DNA from: Candidatus Thorarchaeota archaeon
GTDB taxonomy: Archaea > Asgardarchaeota > Thorarchaeia > Thorarchaeales > Thorarchaeaceae
Direction: 5' to 3'
Length of the DNA stretch: 64,000 bases
NCBI GenBank assembly: GCA_016933575.1
Contig: JAFGAR010000028.1
Location: 128,001 to 192,000 of the forward strand
Both the position numbers and the translations under genes were made by a program. The notes beneath the pieces were generated by a model. The model had not been told where the DNA came from. It saw only the letters and a program-made list of their open reading frames with translations, and ran no database searches. Position 1 is the first letter of the stretch; the number at the start of each line of letters is the position of its first letter. Positions 8,886 to 19,649 of this stretch are shown piece after piece.

Positions 8886-9995
8886 CTATTTCTTTGATTT
8901 CTTCGATACAGATGCCTTCTTCTTTGCTTCAGTCTTTTTGCCCTTTTTGGAAGGCTGTACTTTTGATTTGGTCACACTCTTTGTCTTGATACTCTTCTGC
9001 GTAGATACTATCTCTTGATTGGTAGCAGCTGCATACAACTCAACTGTTGCTTTGGTATCTACATCATAGACAGAACCAAGTCTCTTAATTTCCTGAATGT
9101 TCTCTTTGCGGACCATCTTTGCACCTAATCGCTTTGCCAGTCTTAGTATGCGTACAGTAGATCTTGCCTGCATACCTTCATTGAACATGACCACTGGTAA
9201 TATGTAAGCCATTACAAAGAAAGGCAAGCCAATTGTCCATAATAGTGCTACTGTAGAGTGGAGAACAATCTGAGCTGGTGCAAGGGTATTGCCATTTAAT
9301 ATGGGAAGAATAATTGGTTCGTAGAATTGACTAATGAACATAGTAATTGGAAATGCTAGCAAAGCATAACCACCCAGCATATTAGCTATCCAACGTCCTA
9401 CGCCCTGAGTATCTGGGCATTGCCGATAGTACAGACTCTCAGATTTAAGATGAGTCACTACTCCAGCATCGTTTAGTACCCATGTGGGCATAAAGAGCAA
9501 CAAAGCAATCGGGACAAAAAGAAGTGCGCCCATCAAGGAAAGACTCGCAGGATATAGCGCTTCATATTCAGGAGGTATTATGAGTCCAGTCGGAAATAGA
9601 ATGTCCTCGATTATACTACTGAACATCTGTGAGAAGGCTACACTAAAGAGAGCTGGAGCAGCCGCACGACGGACCATCTGGGTTCCGCCAAACTCACGAC
9701 CGATATTCATGATATTCATTTCATACCTAGTGGATTTCACAACCCGAGTAATTAGGAGGACCACGACTGCAATAGGTACAGCAAATAAAGCATATTCTAC
9801 AAATAGAATAGGTAGTGCAATTACCATGATCATTACAATATCAGTACTCATTGTGGGACTTAGTGTTTCAGGAAATAGCTGAGTTGCAGGCACTGCCTGT
9901 ATGACCAGCGTTATCAGGTAAATAGCTACAAATGTCCCAGCTAGAAACATGAATAATGGTGTGAGAAATCTTGCCTTTCCCATTCTAATGACCAT
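8886..9995 (-). CDS. Multi-pass membrane protein of unknown function with Lys-rich C-terminal tail
   Basis: About six hydrophobic segments; tail KSKVQPSKKGKKTEAKKKASVSKKSKK. Confidence 0.7.
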   Translation of the reverse strand: MVIRMGKARFLTPLFMFLAGTFVAIYLITLVIQAVPATQLFPETLSPTMSTDIVMIMVIALPILFVEYALFAVPIAVVVLLITRVVKSTRYEMNIMNIGREFGGTQMVRRAAAPALFSVAFSQMFSSIIEDILFPTGLIIPPEYEALYPASLSLMGALLFVPIALLLFMPTWVLNDAGVVTHLKSESLYYRQCPDTQGVGRWIANMLGGYALLAFPITMFISQFYEPIILPILNGNTLAPAQIVLHSTVALLWTIGLPFFVMAYILPVVMFNEGMQARSTVRILRLAKRLGAKMVRKENIQEIKRLGSVYDVDTKATVELYAAATNQEIVSTQKSIKTKSVTKSKVQPSKKGKKTEAKKKASVSKKSKK

Positions 9996-10062
9996 CGGTG
10001 TAGGATGAAATCGGTCTGTTAAGCTTTCCGAGAAATTTCTCGATATATTTCAAGCGTTTTTC

Positions 10063-11238
10063 CTAGAACAGGCTGAGCATCTCCCAAAGAGGTGGAATGC
10101 ACAGCACCAAGATGACCATTGCAATGAAGAAGAGTGCAACTCGTCCCTTTGAGACCTTCACTGTGTCATTAAGAGGACCCGGATGACTTCCACCACCTGA
10201 GAGGACTAAGATCAATATTGCAAAGGTATAGAATTGAGCCAGAAGAAGAAGTACAATACCAACCCATCCAATTCTTCTGTGCCATTTTGAATCGACAAGT
10301 GATCGAAGAGCATGACCTCCATCAAGCTGAGAGATTGGAAACAGATTGAGTGCAGTCACTAACATTCCTACCCAGGCAGCAAATGCAACTGGGTGAAGGT
10401 AGATTGTACCACCAACAGGAATGTAATCGATGAACACATACTCCATCAGAGTGAAGAGAAATGGAACAGCCAATGATGCGGACTGGTTTGGAAAAGCTTG
10501 ATCTATAGCAATCAACTGCTCAGCTGTGACGGGGACTGACAGGAAGAAACCTATTACAAGGACAACCAGTGTTACTACGAATCCAGCTAAGGGACCTGCA
10601 AGACCCATATCAAGAAGATCAGAGCGATTCTCTGTTGGACTCTTCTGAGAGATGAATGCACCAAAAGTCCCACCAATCTGCGGCAGACCGGGTATGAAGT
10701 AAGGGAGTGATGCTTCAATATTCAATCGTCTTGCGGTAGTGTAGTGACCCATTTCATGAGTAAATATGATACCCATTAGTGAAGCAACAAAAATCAATGT
10801 GGTAAAGAGTATGTCCCACATTGTATAGCCTTGTGGATAGAAGAGTGCCAAAAAGATAGGACTCGTAGCTTGCAGAAAACCACCAAGCGAAATGCTGGCA
10901 AGAGTCACGATGAAGAGTGCGTAATTAATACGAGTGTCACTCTTTCCAGGTACCTGTTGGGGAACAAAACGAATGATGTATTCTCCTTCCTTCTCATTTC
11001 GCCATCGCACAATAGGCCAAACTTTCAGGGGTTTAGTCAAGCTAGTAATTTCTTTGAATACAACATCCTGCTCTTCATTACTTGGAACATCACCATGAGC
11101 CCACTGAACAACGAAGGTAGGCATTCCGTGCTCAAGTACACTCATTTTAATTTCAAATTTATTTGACAGGATCTGGTTCAATTCAGCAAATGTCGGATAG
11201 GTGATGACACTGCTTGATGCATCTTCATCAATGGACAA
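10063..11238 (-). CDS. Site-2 protease family (M50) intramembrane metalloprotease
   Basis: HEMGH, 'AGPLAG', 'NLFPISQLDGGH'; probable TTG start at 11238 after GGAG. Confidence 0.9.
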   Translation of the reverse strand: MSIDEDASSSVITYPTFAELNQILSNKFEIKMSVLEHGMPTFVVQWAHGDVPSNEEQDVVFKEITSLTKPLKVWPIVRWRNEKEGEYIIRFVPQQVPGKSDTRINYALFIVTLASISLGGFLQATSPIFLALFYPQGYTMWDILFTTLIFVASLMGIIFTHEMGHYTTARRLNIEASLPYFIPGLPQIGGTFGAFISQKSPTENRSDLLDMGLAGPLAGFVVTLVVLVIGFFLSVPVTAEQLIAIDQAFPNQSASLAVPFLFTLMEYVFIDYIPVGGTIYLHPVAFAAWVGMLVTALNLFPISQLDGGHALRSLVDSKWHRRIGWVGIVLLLLAQFYTFAILILVLSGGGSHPGPLNDTVKVSKGRVALFFIAMVILVLCIPPLWEMLSLF

Positions 11239-11473
11239 GGTATTCTTTCTCCAGTTATGTAGGCAGTGTTGGATTTTCCATTGAAGCATTATAAGAATAT
11301 CCGCTCAGGCAGATATCAGTCACGCATGAAATATGACTTTTCAAATTTGGAATCATTTGATTTCTCGACTGATACCTTGCACTCCAGCCCAACGAAAAAC
11401 CAGCTTTCTGTTAGTTTCTGTTCTATAATTAGATTGATGTCAGTTGAAGAAACAAGAATGAAAGGGTAAGTAA

Positions 11474-13315
11474 TTGATGGTGGATATAAGTATCAATGGA
11501 GAATTGTCTAAGGTTCTAGGTTTATTGATACTCTTCATTATAGGCATGTCATTGCCAAATATCATTGGCTTTGGACCTTTGAATAATTCAGAATTGGATA
11601 CAAATATTCTCTCAAATTACACCTACGTCAATATAGATGGAGATGCGGATTGGATAACTCAAGGATTTCTTGGAAACGGAACTATTAACAATCCATATAG
11701 AGTGGAGAATCTAACAGGAATATACTCTATATCGATCCAAAATTCTACAGCTCATTTCATTGTTAAAAACTGCATAATCGATGGTGGAGGCTATTTCATA
11801 TTTTCACATAACGGATTGATCATGAATTCTTCATTTGGATCTACAGTCCTTATATCATACTCATCAAACCTTACTTTTTCGGAAATTGAAAATATTATTC
11901 CACGTGAGAGCGATTATAGTGGAGTGGAGTATGGTGTGACTCTATATCAATCACAGAACATAATCATAGAAACAGCTGTGGTAGCAAATGCTGCAAAATA
12001 CGGAGTAGATGTTCAATTTTGTACAAATTTCACATTGAGTAATTGTTCCATTTATGGTTGTGGATCGGTTTCGTACCAAACTACTGGTGCTGGCTCTTAT
12101 ATTCCGCCAACTGGAGGCGCTCTAATGATAACCTGTTCTTCGTATTTGGTAATTCATAATAATACGATTATGGAGAATTTAGGAGGTGATATAGCGATAT
12201 ATTATTCTGAAGATATGAGAATTTCGAATAATACCGCGATAGGGCCTATAGTCATGGAATCGAGAGATATTAGTATCTACAATAATTCACTAAAAAGTGG
12301 AGTTTCTTTGAGGAGTTGCATCAACTGTATAATCAAGTACAATGATTTTGGTGAAGTAGGTCTGGACTTATATGGGAATCAATCATGCCTTATACATAGT
12401 GTTTCCAACAATAATGTTCTGAATCAACCTCTTTTCTATGCAAATAGCCAGACCGATCTGGAAATTTCAAAATCAGTATATGGTCAGATAATATTTGTAA
12501 ATTGTTCAAAATCAAGACTAACTGAACTTGTCATTAGTGAGTCTAGACCATCAATTAAATTGCTCGACTGCTTGAATACCAGTATAAGAAACAGTATCTT
12601 TCCATCAATATACATCCACCATTCAGATACCACAACCATCGAAAATTGTACTATAGTAAAAGGTCAACCATATGCAATTGGTTGTTATTTGTCAAATTTG
12701 AGTTTGATAGCAAATAATGAAATTCGTGATTCGACACTAGGAGTACTAATTACTGGATCGCACAATGTTACGATATATAGAAACAATATTGTAGATGTTC
12801 TCCGTCACGGAATTACAATTGAGAATTGTGAATTTTGCATTGTTGAAGAAAATTCTGTAACAGGGTGTGCGACACCCTATTCATATCCGATAGCATACTA
12901 TACGCCTTTTGTAATTTACTATGCTGCAATCAAAGTATCAGGTGATTCTTGTTTAATCAAGAATAATACGATATCGAACAACCATGGCTATGGTATCTGG
13001 GTGACCGGAAAATCTAACATATTATATTTGAACAACATCTATGGAAATGGAGTCAGTAATGCGCTAAGTAACGGAGAAGATAATCAGTGGGATAATGGCA
13101 TCGACACAGGCAATAAATGGGGAGATTGGAATGGTCTTGGATGGTATGCAATTCCAGGAGATGAAGGGTGCTTCGACAGATTCCCAATGCATTCCTCGCA
13201 ATCATTCTTGGGAGGATTTTATGGACTATTGATTGTAGCAATACCCTCGTTAGTCTTATTCGTGGCTATTTTCTATTGGATTCATAAAACCCATCAAAAG
13301 AACAAGCACAATTAG
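11474..13315 (+). CDS. Secreted, membrane-anchored right-handed parallel beta-helix (NosD/CASH-like) protein
   Basis: Signal peptide, 'GNGTINNPYRVENL', many 'I.NN.I' repeats, 'N.WDNG...GNKWGDW' motif, C-terminal TM. Confidence 0.8.
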   Translation: MMVDISINGELSKVLGLLILFIIGMSLPNIIGFGPLNNSELDTNILSNYTYVNIDGDADWITQGFLGNGTINNPYRVENLTGIYSISIQNSTAHFIVKNCIIDGGGYFIFSHNGLIMNSSFGSTVLISYSSNLTFSEIENIIPRESDYSGVEYGVTLYQSQNIIIETAVVANAAKYGVDVQFCTNFTLSNCSIYGCGSVSYQTTGAGSYIPPTGGALMITCSSYLVIHNNTIMENLGGDIAIYYSEDMRISNNTAIGPIVMESRDISIYNNSLKSGVSLRSCINCIIKYNDFGEVGLDLYGNQSCLIHSVSNNNVLNQPLFYANSQTDLEISKSVYGQIIFVNCSKSRLTELVISESRPSIKLLDCLNTSIRNSIFPSIYIHHSDTTTIENCTIVKGQPYAIGCYLSNLSLIANNEIRDSTLGVLITGSHNVTIYRNNIVDVLRHGITIENCEFCIVEENSVTGCATPYSYPIAYYTPFVIYYAAIKVSGDSCLIKNNTISNNHGYGIWVTGKSNILYLNNIYGNGVSNALSNGEDNQWDNGIDTGNKWGDWNGLGWYAIPGDEGCFDRFPMHSSQSFLGGFYGLLIVAIPSLVLFVAIFYWIHKTHQKNKHN

Positions 13316-13321
13316 AGTATA

Positions 13322-15235
13322 CTAAGTATTAATGGAGTTAGCGAGATTAAATGCACCATGAACTACATCAAGAAGGTTCATTGTTTTTACGACTGATCCC
13401 ACACTATCAAAGGGGATTCCTCTTTTCTGCAGCTGGAGGAGGAGCCTATCTCTAGGTTGTGGCTCAGTTGCTAGAACAATGGTCTTTGCCTTGACATGAT
13501 GGTATGCTCCATCCTGTAAGACGATGATATACTTGCTCTCAATCTCAACAACACGAGCCTCAGTGTAAACCTTTACAGCTCTGGCCTTCAATCCCTGAAG
13601 AATAACCCATCTTGTTGTTCGACCAAGATCGACACCAATGGTCTCATCTGAATCAAATATCTGAACAGAATCCGCTCTCGAGGCAAGATTCAATGCTGTG
13701 TAGCAACCGAGTGCTCTACCACCAATAACAATGACATCGCCAAGGTCATCTAGATCTAGCGATAACACATCATAGGCAGTAGTCACATGTGAGCTCTCAA
13801 CACCATCTACAGGAGGGGCTCCTGCAATAGTTCCGGTGGCACAGATGATCCTGTCATAATTTTCATCGATCAATGTCTTGGCATTTACAAGTGTATTAAG
13901 GACTACATTTACACCGAGTTCTCTGAGTTCGTGTTCCATATGACTCACATAAGCAGCAAACTCGCCTCTTCCTGGAATTTTTGCTGCAAGATTAAGAAGT
14001 CCGCCAAGCCGCTTGTTCTCTTCATAGAGAGTAACATTGAATCCTCTACTAGCAAGCACACGAGATGTCTCCATCCCAGCAGGACCACCACCAATGATTG
14101 CTATCCGTCCAGGGCATTGAAAGCCAAGAGACCTATCAGTCTCATAACCAGTAAGAGGATTTATTGCGCATGTCACAGGCTCCATCATGAATACGCGATC
14201 TAAGCAACCTTGATTGCATGCAATACAGGGACGTATACTTTGTTGTCTTCCTTCACGAGCTTTGGTTGGAAATTCTGGGTCAGCTAAGAATCCTCTGGAC
14301 ATTCCAATTAACTGAGCCTTTCCTCTTGAGAGAATTCGTTCAGCTATGGAGATACTATTGATACGATTGCTTGCGACCACTGGAACATCTACAACATCAG
14401 CAATCCCTTCAGCCAGATAGGCATAATGTCCTCTGGGGACATTCATTGTAATTTGAGGGACCTTTGTTTCATGCCACCCTCCAGTAACATCGAAACAATC
14501 AACTCCGGCTTCGCGCAACCAAGGAGCCAGAATCTTGTTATCTTCTAACTTCAGTCCATCTGGGATAAAGTCTTCACCACTCATTCGGTAGAGAATGGGA
14601 AAATCATGACCGACAGAATTTCGGACACTACGAACGACCTCAAGAGCAAATCTGGCACGAAATTCTAATGATCCACCATATTCATCATCTCGTAGATTTG
14701 TTGCGGGTGCTAGGAACTGGTTAATGAGATATCCTGCAGAACCGATGATCTCAACGCTATCAAAACCAGCCGCCTTAGCGCGGGAAGCGGCTTTACCAAA
14801 GCTAGATACAGTCGCATCTATCTCTTCCTTACCAAGAGGTCGTGATGTCTCTCGAGTAAGTCTGCATTTGGTAGCCGAAGCTGAAACAGCTTGCTGCCCC
14901 AGGATAAGCGAGTGTGCGTATCTACCAGCGTGATAGAGTTGAGCAGCTACTGGAACATCAAAAGATTTGATGACATCAACAAGCCTACTCAGACCTGCTA
15001 TATGCTCATCACGAGAGATTCCAATCATTGTTGGACTGCTCATGCCAAGATGCTCAGTATAGCAACCTCCTACAATGATCATTCCAGGTCGATGTCTGGC
15101 TCGTTCACGATAGAACTCTATTAGTCGTTCAGTGACTATGCCATCTTCGTCGCAATAACCAAGATGAGTTGCAAGCATAACTAAGCGATTATCGAGTGTC
15201 ATGTTGCTGATGGATATAGGTTCCCAGAGTTTCAT
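13322..15235 (-). CDS. NADH:flavin oxidoreductase, 2,4-dienoyl-CoA reductase (FadH)-like
   Basis: OYE barrel (QLYHAGR, GYLINQF, N.R.DEYGGS), 4Fe-4S motif CIACNQGC...C, FAD motif GGGPAG. Confidence 0.88.
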   Translation of the reverse strand: MKLWEPISISNMTLDNRLVMLATHLGYCDEDGIVTERLIEFYRERARHRPGMIIVGGCYTEHLGMSSPTMIGISRDEHIAGLSRLVDVIKSFDVPVAAQLYHAGRYAHSLILGQQAVSASATKCRLTRETSRPLGKEEIDATVSSFGKAASRAKAAGFDSVEIIGSAGYLINQFLAPATNLRDDEYGGSLEFRARFALEVVRSVRNSVGHDFPILYRMSGEDFIPDGLKLEDNKILAPWLREAGVDCFDVTGGWHETKVPQITMNVPRGHYAYLAEGIADVVDVPVVASNRINSISIAERILSRGKAQLIGMSRGFLADPEFPTKAREGRQQSIRPCIACNQGCLDRVFMMEPVTCAINPLTGYETDRSLGFQCPGRIAIIGGGPAGMETSRVLASRGFNVTLYEENKRLGGLLNLAAKIPGRGEFAAYVSHMEHELRELGVNVVLNTLVNAKTLIDENYDRIICATGTIAGAPPVDGVESSHVTTAYDVLSLDLDDLGDVIVIGGRALGCYTALNLASRADSVQIFDSDETIGVDLGRTTRWVILQGLKARAVKVYTEARVVEIESKYIIVLQDGAYHHVKAKTIVLATEPQPRDRLLLQLQKRGIPFDSVGSVVKTMNLLDVVHGAFNLANSINT

Positions 15236-15247
15236 TTGTCCTAGACC

Positions 15248-16087
15248 TCACCTGTAAAACTTGAACCAATGGTCCAGAGACCTCACACACCATCGATCAA
15301 TTCCCTGAGTGAATGCAGCAGGAATCATTCCCTTTGACATGAACTCATCAACAGAGAGTTTAGATGATAGGGCAGCCTTAACATTATCCCTGAGTTCAGA
15401 CATGGCTTTTTCATAGGTCTCGACATAGTCAGTATCGCAAACTGGTCCATGACCTGGAATAATATAGTCATAGTCTGATTTTTTTATTTCATGAAGATCT
15501 TTGATCCATAAGTCAGGATTGCAGGATGGATCACCAGCATAGGGAAATGAACCACTGAAGATGAGATCGCCTACAAAAATACAGTTTTGTTGATGAGCAA
15601 TAACAACAGATGACCCAGAAGTATGACCGCCTAATAGCTTTAAAGTGACATCCTCACTAGCTCCGAGTCTGATCTCATCGCTGAATGTAATGTTTGGCGG
15701 TTTTATTGATAAAGTCTGAAGAGATTCCCAGAGTTCAGGACGTTCGTCTTTTGTTGAAGCATACCCATTCAATAGCTCTTGATGTTTCCAATTAGTAGCC
15801 AAAGCTTCGTCGCAATTCTTTCTCATGGGTGTTGATGCGATTCTACTAATGGAACCAAATGCTTGTGCTCCAAAGACATGGTCAGAATGATAGTGGGTAT
15901 AGATTAGTTTGAGCAAGGGAAGTTCATACTGAGTCGTCAGATATTCATACATCTCGCGAGTCTTTGTATGCACCATTCCTGAATCGATTTGAAGTATCTC
16001 GTCCTCTAAAACAATCGAGCCCACATTCCCCCCATTTTGTCCATCTGTATCAGCTAAGATACCATCAATAATCTTCTGAATGGTCAT
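15248..16087 (-). CDS. Metallo-beta-lactamase-fold hydrolase
   Basis: THYHSDH, GGHT, GDL, PGHG motifs. Confidence 0.88.
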   Translation of the reverse strand: MTIQKIIDGILADTDGQNGGNVGSIVLEDEILQIDSGMVHTKTREMYEYLTTQYELPLLKLIYTHYHSDHVFGAQAFGSISRIASTPMRKNCDEALATNWKHQELLNGYASTKDERPELWESLQTLSIKPPNITFSDEIRLGASEDVTLKLLGGHTSGSSVVIAHQQNCIFVGDLIFSGSFPYAGDPSCNPDLWIKDLHEIKKSDYDYIIPGHGPVCDTDYVETYEKAMSELRDNVKAALSSKLSVDEFMSKGMIPAAFTQGIDRWCVRSLDHWFKFYR

Positions 16088-16153
16088 ATTCTGAAACCCG
16101 GGTCACAATCTGATATACTTGACTAATACAGTGATTTGATTCAAGATTGATGA

Positions 16154-16804
16154 TTAACTAGAAGCTAATGTGCGAATAATGCCTTCGATGGCACCATCGG
16201 GACCTTTGAAAACTCGAACCCTGAACTCAACACCAAGTCGCTCAGCAATGCCTCTACATGCCTCAATATCCACGCCGGGAATGTCAACAGCTGATAGCTC
16301 AACCCTCATGTACTTCCTACATCGTTCAGCAAATTCCAAGATAGAATCGTACGCTAATCGCCCCAACTTAGGCTGGCATAGCCGTAGATAGGTATCTGAA
16401 TTGTGGGCGTTAAGGGATATCTGTATTCTATCCAATCCTGCTTCTGCAAGTTCCGAGGGCACATCACGTGTGGTGTACAAGAGGAGGGCTTGCCCATTGG
16501 TATTCATCCTTATTGGGATGTTGCAGATTTCTTTCAATTTCTTGATTGCAGCAAGAGTTCCATCCAGATTTAGCAATGGTTCTCCAAATCCTACGATAGC
16601 CACATCTGTAAAATCGGGTTGCCATGTTGCCTCAATTTCTTGAATCAACTCCTCAGGAGTAGGATCATTATCAAGAACGAGATTGAACCCAAAGACTCCT
16701 TCACCGTAATTACGGACACAAAAGATGCAATCATTCACGCAACGAGAAGACGGGTTGATGTAAAAGCTACCCTCCCGCCAATATGTTAGGTTTCTTCTTG
16801 ACAT
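16154..16804 (-). CDS. Radical SAM protein, TatD-associated family
   Basis: CxxxCxxC (CVNDCIFC), 'G.GEP', 'RMNTNG', 'ISLNA'; short length typical of this family. Confidence 0.8.
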   Translation of the reverse strand: MSRRNLTYWREGSFYINPSSRCVNDCIFCVRNYGEGVFGFNLVLDNDPTPEELIQEIEATWQPDFTDVAIVGFGEPLLNLDGTLAAIKKLKEICNIPIRMNTNGQALLLYTTRDVPSELAEAGLDRIQISLNAHNSDTYLRLCQPKLGRLAYDSILEFAERCRKYMRVELSAVDIPGVDIEACRGIAERLGVEFRVRVFKGPDGAIEGIIRTLASS

Positions 16805-16901
16805 TTATCCAACACATCTTTCGTTGAATCGCCACTAGTGAGTTGCTCAAATTGGGTTGCGCCTTTTCTGCATTTAACCGTCTCGAAATCGGCGGTATGT
16901 G

Positions 16902-18512
16902 TTAGCCAAATGCCCAAAGCATGGTCAGGATAGCTGTTGCCAGAGTCATTAAAAGTGCAACAACAAGACCATATCGAATTACTTGTCCTTCAATGCCAAT
17001 CTCATCAATTACTGCTGCTGCATTCTGTATCTTAGCAGGGCTTAACACGCTGGCTAATCCACCTCCAATACCATTTGAGGCTGACACAACCAATGCATTT
17101 GCACCAATGATTGTACTCGTATCAACATGATATTTTGTAAACATGGCTATTGCTGAGGTTTCAGATCCAGAGATGAATCCTGCAAGGAGACCTAGAAATG
17201 GTGCAAGTATCGGATATAATATCCCGAGACCTGCGGTCATGGATGCTAGAAGGTATATCATATTATTTGATGGATCGAGACCATTGACAAGGTCTGTTGG
17301 ATTAAGCCATGTGCCTGAAGCATCAACTATCCAGCCGCTGAAATTCATGACTTCAGCCATCGCAAAGAAGATAGCTGCAGCGAGAACTGGGCGGGGAGCT
17401 CTCTTTTTGAATCCTACAAATGTACGTTTCAAGACTTCTCTATCAGTCTTCAAAAAGGGCATTGACACAAGGGTCGCAACAAGCATCAATGTATATGCTT
17501 GCCAAATCACTCTTGTTTTGATGGCAACTGGATAGCCACCAATCTGAAGTGGGAGAGCAAGGTCAGTAAAAAGAAAGTCGAAGATTGGAGGTATCATATT
17601 TGTTACGAGGCTCAATATCACAAGAACAACCCATGGGATACTAGCTCGTGACAGACTCATCTTTGATTCAACTTCAAAATCCTTTTCATCCAAGGTACTT
17701 CGATCGATTATGGGATTACCCCTTACACGTGTATATACAAATAGAACTAGGAGAACCCCTGCACCTGCAAAGACATTTGTTAGAGTGGTAAGTGGCAATA
17801 GAACATTACATACAATCGCCATCGTCCCTGCAGTAAGTCCACATAAAACAGCCAAGACTATTCCATCTTTACTCATGAGGAGTTTACGACCACCAGCTAT
17901 CCACAGCATCGATATAGCAATACCCAGACTGACTATAGGCATAAACCAAGCAAAAACTGAACCTGCCTCCTGAAGTGTAATTGTTGTACCCCAAGCCGAA
18001 TATTCCCCAGTGAATACGACGGCAGGGACGCCAAGAAGAGCGAAGGTTGTGAGGGGATCATATCCAATAGAGGGAAGAGCTACAGCTACCATGGGTGAAA
18101 ACCCGAGGGCAAGCATTACTGGTGGAAGCATTGAAACAGGAGTAGCTCCAATTCCAACAAGAAACAGTCCAAGACCAAAACTAATCATCAAAATCTGCAT
18201 TGGGCGACTGCCACCGCCCAGGGTCTTGAAAAAAACTATCAGTCTTTGAAGAGATCCTGTCTCTTGCATATAGGTCATCATCAATATTGATGTGGCAACC
18301 ATTAGTGAAATTGGGAACGACTTTACAATGCCTGCTAGACTAGCAGTTAATGCAATTGAAATATCTGTTTGAAATGCTACTATCGCTATGATAATTGTCA
18401 CTAACCAGACAATCACACCTGTAGTATCCGCTGCCTTTCTCATGAAAACAAGAAGTCCAAAGGCAAGTAGAATTGGTGAAATAATTAGCAGAAATCCTAG
18501 TAATGCATCCAT
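16902..18512 (-). CDS. L-lactate permease family transporter
   Basis: Many TM helices; 'LAGFISGSETSAIAMF' and 'SPAKI' motifs resemble LctP. Confidence 0.75.
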   Translation of the reverse strand: MDALLGFLLIISPILLAFGLLVFMRKAADTTGVIVWLVTIIIAIVAFQTDISIALTASLAGIVKSFPISLMVATSILMMTYMQETGSLQRLIVFFKTLGGGSRPMQILMISFGLGLFLVGIGATPVSMLPPVMLALGFSPMVAVALPSIGYDPLTTFALLGVPAVVFTGEYSAWGTTITLQEAGSVFAWFMPIVSLGIAISMLWIAGGRKLLMSKDGIVLAVLCGLTAGTMAIVCNVLLPLTTLTNVFAGAGVLLVLFVYTRVRGNPIIDRSTLDEKDFEVESKMSLSRASIPWVVLVILSLVTNMIPPIFDFLFTDLALPLQIGGYPVAIKTRVIWQAYTLMLVATLVSMPFLKTDREVLKRTFVGFKKRAPRPVLAAAIFFAMAEVMNFSGWIVDASGTWLNPTDLVNGLDPSNNMIYLLASMTAGLGILYPILAPFLGLLAGFISGSETSAIAMFTKYHVDTSTIIGANALVVSASNGIGGGLASVLSPAKIQNAAAVIDEIGIEGQVIRYGLVVALLMTLATAILTMLWAFG

Positions 18513-18515
18513 GAT

Positions 18516-19520
18516 CTATGCCCTCTTTTTCAAGAACCCATTTTCAAAGTACCAATCGATAGCTCGCTTAATGCCCTCACGCATGGTCACTTTTGGTTCC
18601 CACCCCAAGAGTTTCTTAGCTTTCGCATTCTTATACCATCGATCTTCATCCATACTTTGAACAGTCTGCATATGCCAAAGAAATGTTGTCTTTCTTCGAT
18701 TCTTGAAGGGACTTAGAACCCCGATACCAATTTTAGCAATACTTGTAGGGATCTTCCTTTTTGGTGGTTCAACACCACAAGTTTCCGCCACGAATTCGAA
18801 TAGCTCGTTGTATGTTAGAGGCTCATCAGGACAGAGAATTATGGTGTTGTTCAATGCGGATTTGGAAGTAATCGCTTTGATGAATCCCTCAACGACATCA
18901 TCAACATGTGTGTACATCAGGTGCTTCTTACCATCTCCAGGAAGAACAGGGATTGTTCCATCATTCACCGCTTCAATCGCTTCAAAAGCTGTATAGAGGT
19001 CTCCTTCGCCCATAATACCAGTCGGGCGTAGTATAATATGGTCAAGTTTTGTATCCTTAGTTATTTCACGGATAGATTGTTCAGCTACAACTTTGCTCTG
19101 ACCATAATCAAATGAAGGAGTTAGTTCAGTATCTTCATTTCCAGGAGGATAACGGACAGGGCCTATTGCTTCTGTGCTTGAACAGTAGATAAAACGTTCA
19201 ACTTTTGTTCCAACACATGCAGACATAAGATTCCTTGTCCCTTCGACATTGACTTTGTACATAAGCTCTGTATCACTGGGATAAAAGTCAAAATATGCCG
19301 CAAGATGAATTACGATATCTATGTCTTGAACTGCCGCCTCTATACTACCGATATCAAGAAGATCAGCTTCTCTTATTTCGATACCCTTTGGAAGTCCTTC
19401 AACATTACTTGTCTTACGAACAAGTGCAATAACCTCATGACCCTCGTCAAGAATCCTTGGAATGAGTTTTCTTCCAACAAACCCAGTAGCACCAGTTAAG
19501 AGGATTTTCAATTGAAACAA
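18516..19520 (-). CDS. NAD-dependent epimerase/dehydratase (extended SDR)
   Basis: TGATGFVG, HLAA, 'NVEGT', YGQSK catalytic YxxxK. Confidence 0.9.
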   Translation of the reverse strand: MFQLKILLTGATGFVGRKLIPRILDEGHEVIALVRKTSNVEGLPKGIEIREADLLDIGSIEAAVQDIDIVIHLAAYFDFYPSDTELMYKVNVEGTRNLMSACVGTKVERFIYCSSTEAIGPVRYPPGNEDTELTPSFDYGQSKVVAEQSIREITKDTKLDHIILRPTGIMGEGDLYTAFEAIEAVNDGTIPVLPGDGKKHLMYTHVDDVVEGFIKAITSKSALNNTIILCPDEPLTYNELFEFVAETCGVEPPKRKIPTSIAKIGIGVLSPFKNRRKTTFLWHMQTVQSMDEDRWYKNAKAKKLLGWEPKVTMREGIKRAIDWYFENGFLKKRA

Positions 19521-19649
19521 CCTCAGAACGAAACACTACCATGTAGCATTTATCTGTTCCCAATCAATGACTGCTAAATCTAATATAGCCTCAAGTGCTA
19601 TTATCAATTGGGCGTAAATAGAGTACTTATTCGGAGGAGTAACAATTCA

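Noticed and set aside
11266-11469. 67-aa ORF between the S2P protease and beta-helix genes
   Set aside because: It lies over the divergent promoter region, with no RBS or recognisable motif.
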